The notes under the pieces were generated by a model, which saw only the letters and a list, made by a program, of their open reading frames with translations, was not told the origin of the DNA and did no database searches. A stretch of DNA of 64,000 bases, from NCBI GenBank assembly GCA_021613535.1, contig CP075495.1, positions 12,276,001-12,340,000 of the forward strand. The letters run 5' to 3'. Position 1 is the stretch's first letter; the number at the start of each line of letters is the position of its first letter. Position numbers and translations under genes: made by a program. This document shows positions 53,238-64,000 of this stretch, piece by piece. This DNA comes from Adineta vaga (lineage: Eukaryota; Animalia; Rotifera).

Positions 53238-53627
53238 TTAAATTTTTTCAGAACGAATTTGATCATTTTCAACTATAAATTTCCAATTGCGTACATTACC
53301 ATGTGGAACATTATCAAATGGTGCTTGAATTTGTAATTTTGAACCATCAGCTTTGTGAACTTTAAGTAAATGAATAACTTTTGGAAACATATGTGATTGT
53401 GGTGAATCGCTTGCGTTTTTTGTCGACATTAAATGAACTTTTTCTTCACATTTTTCTTCGTCACCATTTCCATCAACATCAAATTCAATGACTTCATTAT
53501 CTGTACCCGTTGTTGTATGATATTCAACGAAACAATGAATTTTTTCTGACGTCTTATTTGTTATTGTCGCTGAATAAACATTACGTTGAGCTAAATCACC
53601 AGATACAACTGATCTATCCAAACTCAT
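53238..53627 (-). CDS. Uncharacterised 129-aa protein, probably all-beta; intronless CDS with a 5' UTR intron (~53636-53689)
   Basis: Clean ATG-TAA ORF with globular composition and alternating hydrophobic strands (VYSATITN, IHCFVEY, WKFIVE); GT-AG intron just upstream of the ATG. Confidence 0.75.
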   Translation of the reverse strand: MSLDRSVVSGDLAQRNVYSATITNKTSEKIHCFVEYHTTTGTDNEVIEFDVDGNGDEEKCEEKVHLMSTKNASDSPQSHMFPKVIHLLKVHKADGSKLQIQAPFDNVPHGNVRNWKFIVENDQIRSEKI

Positions 53628-54574
53628 TTTGTTGACTATATAAATATTAAGGAAATATAAACTTGAAAGTTAAATTTCTTGACTTATACCACGCCACAGA
53701 AAGAAGAAAATGAACTTGTCTATAAAATGTATGAATGATTGCAGTGTCAGTATGTTTACACCGATTTATAAATATATGCGTATAAACTGCTTGACACGCG
53801 ATTCGTTGTTATATTTTCTTTTTCGTTCTTTTTCTCGTTGTTATCAATGAGTCAATCTTTTTTCGAACAATCATTTTCTTTTCATTTACAATATACATGA
53901 GAATAGATGTACTTTTTGAAAACAAATCAGTATGTGAACTTTTATCAGAAATAAATCTGATAGTAATATCCTTCAACATTGTTATTTCTCTTTCTTGGAT
54001 ATTATTGCTTTTCCATCTACGTAGCTTCGCATTTATTCAAAGAAAGATAGCAATTCTTTTTTTTTCTTCTTCGTCTTCTTCTTCTTCTCTCCTTCTTATC
54101 GTTTATTAATGTTGATAAAAAGGAACAAACGAACAGTAATATTATTTTCTCAAAATGAAGAATACAATCAATACGTATATATAACGAGAGATGAATATCG
54201 TTTCTTTTCCTATATGCTGTTCTTTATCCGTCTGAAAATATCTGGAATACGACTGGTACAAATATATACAATGAAGAAGCATCAGTAGTAACAAAGTGGA
54301 TAGCATCTATCTATATTTTTTCTCCTTCGATCGTCCGTTGCCGTGACGATACAATGTGTTACCCGATTTGGTATTGACTGATGTATATATCCAAGGGGAA
54401 AAGGCAAAAAGCGAGATGAAGAAAACAGAAAAGAAAAGACTATTTTGGTATATTTTGTGCATATAGCTAAGAAGATATTGCGGTTCTCGTTCTTTTTACG
54501 GACAATCTCGGAAGAGGAGACATAACCACATACATTTTATTTATCATCTCAACTCGTTGTTTTAAGCAATAATC

Positions 54575-55885
<1,311 letters not shown>

Positions 55886-56226
55886 ATACCTTGAAAAAGA
55901 AAATAATGAAGAAGTCAATCAATCAAAAACAAAACAAACTATGTTTTTTTCTTTTCAACATCATTTTCTTCATTTTCTTATTAGAATTGCACGTCAACCA
56001 TATCCTCTTGTCCTCTCTTTCAATGATATATGATCATTGTCACCTCGTTTTTATCGTCTTTTTTTTTCTATTTGATTTTATTTATCCTTTTTAATTAACA
56101 AGTTTGTGCAATTACAATAGCATTTTTAAACTTTTTTTTTCTTTTCTTTTTAAATAAAGTTCAATATCCTCCCTTTCATAATATGAAATAAATAAGTCTT
56201 TTCTATTCACAATATTCAAAATGTTT

Positions 56227-58572
56227 TCAAGAAAGTTTTCGTTTGGTTTCAGTAACATTATGTTCGTATAGTTTCACATCAGAATGATCTGCTGATAAGG
56301 TTGTTATAGCAATAGAAAGTGCTTCATAATGATATAATAATGCTTCATCATATTGACCCATTTCATTTAAAACTCCACCTAAATTATTATATGTTCCAGC
56401 AATATCAGGATGTTCCGATGGTAAAACACGTAATTGTAATTCTAAACAACGTTGATATTCACGTTGTGCAGCTCGAAATTCACCTTTTGTTAAATATAAT
56501 GTTCCAAGTCCATCATGTATTAAGGCAATTGTTGGATGATTATTGATTAAATGACGTTTATAAATATCAAGTGCTTGTTCATAATGTTTTAATGATAATA
56601 ACCATTGTCGACGATCACAATGTAAAAGACCTAGATAAGAATGTATCATTGCTATATCTAATGGATGACGATCTTTAACATTTACTAATGCTTTTTCAAA
56701 AAAGATCAATGCTGTACTATATTCTTTACGTAATTGATGATAAAAACCTAAATTAATATAAGATATTGTTTCGGATTCTTTTTTAAATTCGTTTAATGCT
56801 TGTGGAAACATTCGTTGATGAATATAACAAAGTCCAATATTATTATAACATTTTGTTTGTTGATAATAATTGTGTGCTTTATTAAAATCTTCTAAATTAC
56901 GATATATTTCTCCTAAATAATTAATTACTTCTTCACCTTGTTTAATTGCTAATGTAAAATAATGAATGGCACTTATCATATCACCTAATTCTCGATAGAT
57001 AATACCTATTTGTATATATGTTTGATCAATTTCATTATTCATCGATGAATTAATTTGATTTTGTTTTTGATAGATTTGTAAAGCTTGTTGATGATAATTT
57101 AATGCTAATGTATGTTGACATTTTAATCGAGTAATTATTCCAATATAATTACAAATAATACCTGTTTCAATATCATCATTTGGTAAATGATCAATTAATA
57201 AACGATAAAAACGATCAGCTTTTGTTGATTGTTTAAGTTTATCCCATATTAAACCAATTGATAAATATTCATGTGGAAGAAAATCAATATCTTTCATATA
57301 CATTTCAATATGATTGTTAACTTCATTTTGTGTTAAAAGTTTTAAATGTACATGCCAAATACCATCGATTTCCATTCCAATATGTTCAATACGAAATGAA
57401 CTACCAATTGTTAAAAGAATTTTCTCATTAGATATTGATATGTACGAATGATTCAATGAAAAATGATATAGAACAGTTTCAAGTGTATTCGATGTTAAGG
57501 ATATTTCATTCATAGCTTGTTCACTTGTCTTACAGAGATCAAGATAACAATTTATGGACATAAATCCATGTAAATTCATTCGTAAACGATATAAATCATC
57601 TGCATTTAAATTTTGTGCTCGATAAAAGATTTCAATTTGTGATTCATCAATTAATCTCGTTGATTTTTCATTGATTATCTGTTGAATATCATGTAAAATA
57701 AAACTATAATCAAATAGAAGTGAAAAATTCATTATTTGACTAGCTTTATGTAAAAGACGTAAAAGAAATTTTGTTCGTAAATACCAATCAATAGCTGTTT
57801 GAGAACGATAATGTTCTTCGAAATGTTTGATTTCTTCCAAACGTTTATCATTATCACGATAATAATAAAGACATGAACGAAAAAGACGCGATCTTTCTTG
57901 ACTACTTCTAGGCTTTGTTAAACGAAATAGAATATTTTGAATAAATAATTGAAATATAAGAAATGGACTTGCTTGTCCAAGTGTCATCGATTTATTTTGT
58001 GGATTTAAATATGTGACAGGTATAGAATCATGATCACAAATATCATGAACATCTTTTGTTAATTGTACAAAACATTCTGTTGAATTTGTATATACACCAG
58101 TTATTAATGGTTCATTATCTCGTGCCCATGTTTCTAATTGTGTACGTCTTGTTGAAGAAGGATTTTCATCACAATAGACATAGATTGATGTAAGAAAACG
58201 AAGTTCTGATTTTACTAAACAAATCGATTGAATAAAATCACTAGAGAAATAAGGAAATAATTATTGAAATAGAAAATCTATTGAATCCTACTGTGAAACA
58301 ATTAAAAAGATCTTCTTATTGATCACCATTTTCATAAAATCAATACAATCATTAAGTTTATCAAATAATTTCAAATTATTGATTATTTCTCGTGCATGAT
58401 TTAGTTCATCTGTCCAATCATCATTATAGTTTATTGTTGAATCCAACCAAATTAGAATACATTCTTCAAAATCATCTTGAGTTTCAAGTATCGATCTTGT
58501 ACGTACTCTTTTTACCAAATTGGTCAATTCTAAACTTTCATTAGGACGTTGTTTCTTCAATGTCGAACCCAT
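56227..58572 (-). CDS. Receiver-like + degenerate ADP-ribosyltransferase + TPR-repeat protein; one intron (58241-58291)
   Basis: LIWLD..IFLIVS..SIYVYC N-terminal domain; AIDWY..FLLRLLHKA, FYRAQ and GSSFRI..WHVHLKL ART-like core; kinesin-light-chain-type TPRs (HPTIALIHDGLG, HPDIAGTYNNLG). Confidence 0.85.
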
Positions 58573-59104
58573 GGCGAAGATATTTACAACATATACTAAG
58601 TAACAAACAATATAATGTTTTCTTATCTACCTGGATCTTTCTTTAATCTGAATAGAATGTGTGAATACTTCAGCTTAGATTGTGTCTTGTTGACATTTGC
58701 TAAAGTAAAAGTACATTAAATACTGTTTTTCTCCCTCTGTAAATTAATCTCTTGAGTTCAATACCATATTTATGTTTGATGATATTGAAAAGCATGAGAA
58801 TGAATTCTATTGATCTTTATAAAAGAAATGAGAAAATATGCTAAAGTTGTTTGAAAAAAAGAATCGAATTATTTGTACGAGAGAATACTTTGCTGTTATC
58901 ATCATAGTCAAGTATAAATAGACATTGTTTTAGGATAAGGAATGTGCAGTATGATTGTATTTTTTCTTTTCATTCGTAATCTATATGTTGTTGACTGTTG
59001 AAATTCTTTGAACAATTTTATATTCATACTATGAAATTCTGTGCATACCATTTTTACTACCAAGTACTTTATTTTCTTTATAATTTCATCGATTATATTT
59101 CATC

Positions 59105-59422
59105 AGTCAGATCAATTTTCATGAATCGTATATTTTTCGAAGGACAAAATTTTTATATATACAAAAATAATCCTCGTAGAAATTCGACAGTATACTAATC
59201 TTTTCAACATTCCAGATTTCTATGAAAATGTACTCATAGCATATCATTGATAGTATGAATCATGAATATTTTGTCGTTTTTTTGAAGCTAGGTACATTTG
59301 TTTATCTACGAAAGTTGACCGAAATCAGCAGTTTTTGTGCATTATTCAATCTGCCATTTTCTTCGTTGACATGCAATAAAAATTCAATTGATAATTTCGA
59401 TCCAAGAAAATATCTTCTGACT
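59105..59422. mobile_element. Possible decayed MITE
   Basis: Degenerate inverted termini AGTCAGATCAATTTTCATGAATCG versus AGTCAGAAGATATTTTCTTGGATCG (reverse complement of the right end); no clear TSD. Confidence 0.3.
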
Positions 59423-60614
59423 ACAATGTCTACCTATAACAATTGATACTACAGATTATCGAATGAATAAAAAGTTACATAATCGATCATAAAACAACTG
59501 ATTCGTATTCATTGAGTATTGAAGTGCCAATATCACGTGAACTAATCGAGAATTACAAATGAAATTCGAAAGATTTTTTTTTCTTTCCATTATTTAATTA
59601 TATACATCTTGAAATAACTTGGTTGCATTGATTTTCTCTAAAATATACTTGTTCGACATCCACATGAAAAGAAAATGTGAGTAGAAGCTTTTTAAAACAT
59701 ATGTATTTAACCTCCTGTTGATTACTAGAATTCATTTTTGATGGAAAGAAAACAGAATCGTTTACGATAATCATTTTATTTTTTTTGTAAGTGCATAAAA
59801 TTGATCGGTTTGATAAGTAAAAAAAACCAACTTCTCTATATCTTAATCATGAACTGTGAATTGATCAATAGAAAAATAACATATCACAACAATTCTTAAT
59901 ATGTTGACATATACGTAATTCATCTCCTTGCTCTTTTGTTCTGTTTACAATAGCCAGATGTCTGATATAATTAAACATAACAATTGACGAATTACTACTG
60001 TGTGAATCGTCGGAAACAAAACGAGTTTACTGATACATATAATTACATTGAATATGTCTTACATTCTCCTATTACCCTTTTTTTTCTATATTGACGATAT
60101 TCATCCATAGAGAATGATTCCGTTCTTTTCATAACGCAGCTGTTAATAGTCGTATGGCAAACATAATAATCAAATACATTTTTTCTTTTCTGCATTTCTT
60201 TTTCTTCACTTCTTCTCATCGTACCTTTAAAGAATCATTGTAATCGAAGAAGATGAGGATGATGAAAAAGGAACGAAAATATGAATAAACTCAGGTATTT
60301 TATATTCAGCCATGATTGCGAACGATTATAAGGTGAGATGCATAAACGATTTTTTTTCTCTCTCTTAAATCAAAACAACATTAGTCGAACGAGCATACAT
60401 TTATTTTCATTGTCGATTGTAAGTTTTTTTTACATATTTAATCGAGTTGATGTTTTTCGATTCAAGTATGTTGAAAATATTTTGATATATTGTTTTTTTT
60501 CTCTTCTCTCTTCGTTAACAATATTGATTGAATTATATATCTCTTGAAATTTGAAAAAGAAACTATGATTTCTATTTTAGTTTTCTTGAGCAATCATTCA
60601 CCGGTGCTTTCTAA

Positions 60615-63580
60615 ATGGCTGGATTCATTCGTTATAAATTTTCATTTATGTCACTTGTATTTCATCGTACTCGTTTAAAATCTCGTTATATTCTCTCGAT
60701 ATTCGTTGGTCTTTCTCTTGGTTTTCTTTTAAGTCTAGCATGTTTACCACTGATGAGTGTTTGTGATAATCCACTTTCAATCTTTTCGGAACCATTTTCA
60801 TCGTCATTAAATCTTCATCTTCTCAATGAAACATTTTCATTTCGTGATCCATTTCGAATATTAAGTCGACAAGCACGTTCAGTTGTTGATGTTACACTTG
60901 TGGATTATGGAAGTCAAGATTATGAACCACGAATACAACCAGTACCATCGCGATATAACAATTTAACGAATCAATCTCTACCAACATCAACACAAACATT
61001 GAATACACCGAAAGTCACTCGACCACGTTATATAGCGGATGAATTAGGTATACGAGAAAAAGTTCTTGTAGCGATATTAACTGATACAAATCGTTTGAAT
61101 ACATTCGCGTTTTTTCTCAATCAAACATTACAAAATTACGTGAACCGTTTGTTATTTTTTGTTGATGAAGATATTCATGATTTTCCTCGAAGTATGGAAG
61201 TTATTTCAATACATGATAAAAAGACCTATTTAAAACCTTTCTATGTATTAAAATATCTCGCAGAAAAAATGATTAAATCATATGATTGGTTTGTTCTTAT
61301 GCCCGATAATACATACGTACGCGGTTTTAAAGTAGGTTCAAAGACAAAAAAATCATATAAATGCATTTGTCTATTTTGATATATTATTGTTCTAGTTAAA
61401 TGAATTATTAAATCATATTAGTATTAGTCAAGATTTATATATGGGACAATCATTCGATGATGTTCATGCTGTCTATTGTTATTTTGGTTCAGGAATAATT
61501 CTATCCGGTGTAAGTCATTTTGAACTTCTATTGAATAAGTATTATGTAGACGTTATTGTTTGTAAAGTATAGAATACGGAATATTTGTTCTCTAAGTAAA
61601 GAAAGAAATCGATATGAAAGAAAATGTTATTTGAGAAAAATGAATTGAATATCAAATTCATCGTTTTCTTTTCTTTTCTTTTCTAGACTGTACTTCGAAA
61701 AGTCCTTGATGAAATTGACTGGTGTACAAATAATGCATATTCACAGGATCAAACTGATAATATTGGAAGATGTATACTAAAAGCAGCGAAAATACCGTGT
61801 GTAAATACAGCAAGTGTAAGTCTAAATCAAAATATTATTTGAGAGTTTCGATGTTTTGTTTTGTTTTATTTTTTCAAAAAATAGAATTATAAATTTAATG
61901 CATATGTTAATTATCGTTTTGAATTCGATACGGATATTGAAAGATTATCAAGAAAAGAAGAATTTAATCAAACATTAACAGTACATCCAATAAATGATTT
62001 AGAAACAATGCTTAAACTTCAAAAGTAAAAGAAATTCTTTCTCGACATTGATTGAGAAGAATTCGAATTTGATTATTTAGATATTTTAATCAAGTTGAAA
62101 TCGATGAAATGACAAGAAGTATATCAAAATATGAAGAAAGTATTGATAATCTTTCATGTTATGCACCAGAAGGTTGTGGAAATATTCCCTGGCCAGTTGG
62201 TGTACCACCACCCTTCAAACCATCATCACGTTTTGATGTACTTCGTTGGGATTATTTCAATGAAACACATCTTTATTTAAAGACAGATTTAGATGTTATC
62301 GATCGAATGAAACGTAAATAGAAATTGAATAATCTTTTTCTTTTCATTATCTTTTCCTTTGAATTATTTCAGCGGATGATTATCAAGATGTTCATGAAGT
62401 GATTGAACATGCTATCGAACAACTACAAAAGAAATATGGAATTCAGTAGGATTGTTTTTCAAATCAATGAATCTATCATTCAACTTGCTTTTTTTATTTA
62501 TTTTTAATTAGATTGAAATTTCGAAAATTGCTTAATGGTTATCGACAATTTGATCCAACACGTGGTACACATTATATTATCGATCTGTCAGTTACTGATG
62601 CAAATAATATCGAATATATAAAACGTGCAGAATTAATGCGACCATTAGGTGAGATCTCTATTGTTCAATCTGTTCACTATATTGCATTCTTTTCTTCAGG
62701 TCTGGTAGAAATTGTTCCAATGCCATTTGTTACTGAATCAACTAAAATCTTTCTTATTCTACCGATTTATTCGGATGAACAATCAACGGCAATACGTTTT
62801 CTTCGTCATGCAAATAGAACATTATTTGATAAAGAAACGCCTGATAAATTCGAATTACTTCTTGTACATCTTGTTACGACAAAACAAGAATTTTCTCAAA
62901 CACAAAAATGGTTTCAAAATATCCGTCATGAAGTTGATTTAATACATCATTCAAGAAATCAATTACTCATTTCATATCATACGATTCTTCTTCCATCATC
63001 ATCAGTCAATTCTTATACACATTCAACATATGTTTTAGATTATTTCGAAACAAAACTTCGTGGAAATTCACTTGTCTTTCTAACAAATTCTTATGTGAAT
63101 ATTGAATCGGATTTTTTAAATCGTTGTCGTTTAAATGTTATTGAAAATGTACAAATCTTTTTCCCAATTGCTTTCTATCAATATCATCCACATATTATTG
63201 CACGAACACATCATTTAACAGATAATTCAACAATTGAATTACATAAATCACATGGTTGGTTTAATTCTTATGCCTTCAATCACATGGGTTTTTATATGAA
63301 TGATTATATCAAATTGAAAAAATTACTTCTATCGAGAAATATTTCATTAATATCAGAAAATCTCTATGATTTATTTATTGAATTTACTGATTTAAACATG
63401 TTACGTGCACCAGATCAATCATTACGTGTTCATTATCATCCAATCAAATGTGATTCAATAAAACAATCGAATACAAATGAATGGAATCGATGTTTAAAAC
63501 AGAAAGAAAAAGGTTTCGCATCACGTAGTCAATTAGCAATGATTATTATTGAAAATGAACAAAAGATTAAAGGAGAATGA
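60615..63580 (+). CDS. CHPF: Chondroitin polymerizing factor / chondroitin sulfate synthase 2; multi-exon
   Basis: Type II TM; RPRYIADELGIREKVLVAILT; YDWFVLMPDNTYVRG; WPVGVPPPFKPSSRFDVLRWDYFNETH; LLNGYRQFDPTRG; FLNRCRLNVI..IFFPIAF; SRSQLAM. Confidence 0.92.
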
Positions 63581-64000
63581 TCGAATTTTTCTAGCGTTTT
63601 ATATTTGTAATATTTATTATGTTTTATTGTTTATTAACTCTTTATAATAAGATATATAACGAGGTTTTCTGTTTGGAAGTTCTTTCGTGCTTACAGAAGA
63701 GATTGAATCATTGATCGAAAAATGCATTAATCTATTCCTGTGTTTATAAACAAATGTAAATCATGATCTAGTCAATGTGTAAAAAAGTTTTATAAAAATT
63801 TGTTTACAAAACAAAACGATGAGCGTAACAATAGAGAAGAAAAGAAAGGAAAATTTTTATCGGCAACAGACACATTTAGGAAATCGATAATTGAAAAGAA
63901 GAAGAAGAAATTTGTTCGAATGTTTGTTTTTGTTTTCTAGTCGTATTCTTTCTTCTTCAATTTATCATCAAATCAAATTTGAGCGTGAGAAGATAATAAA

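Overview
AT-rich, gene-dense animal genomic DNA with many short (~50-65 nt) GT-AG introns. The intron size, gene density and gene families (NHL-repeat protein, receiver-like/ART/TPR protein) point to a bdelloid rotifer; this is an inference. About 20 protein-coding genes are supported, in order: a Ser-rich 3' exon, Akirin, class II PI3K, WDR45/WIPI4, CDKL5, TEX9, FTCD, an intronless Mab-21/cGAS-like protein, a WS/DGAT-family protein, NTPCR, an RRBP1/kinectin-like protein, an SLC17 transporter, a C19orf12-like protein, DRC1, COG7 (with an antisense NHL-repeat gene nested in its 1.9-kb intron), a 129-aa orphan, actin, an ART-TPR protein and CHPF. The ORF track misses several features. (i) Two intronic box C/D snoRNAs lie in the RRBP1/kinectin gene. 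One is a 232-nt SNORD17-like RNA whose guide points at the conserved 28S GAAUGGAUUAA uridine; the other has a 15-nt 18S guide. An alternative terminal exon between them could couple isoform choice to snoRNA output. (ii) The SLC17 gene needs an 8-nt microexon. (iii) A TTAA-flanked piggyBac-type MITE lies upstream of COG7. (iv) Three enzyme-family genes (cGLR, WS/DGAT, ART) have substituted catalytic residues. Family assignments come from motif recognition by eye, not database searches. Multi-exon CDS coordinates are gene spans from start codon to stop codon.
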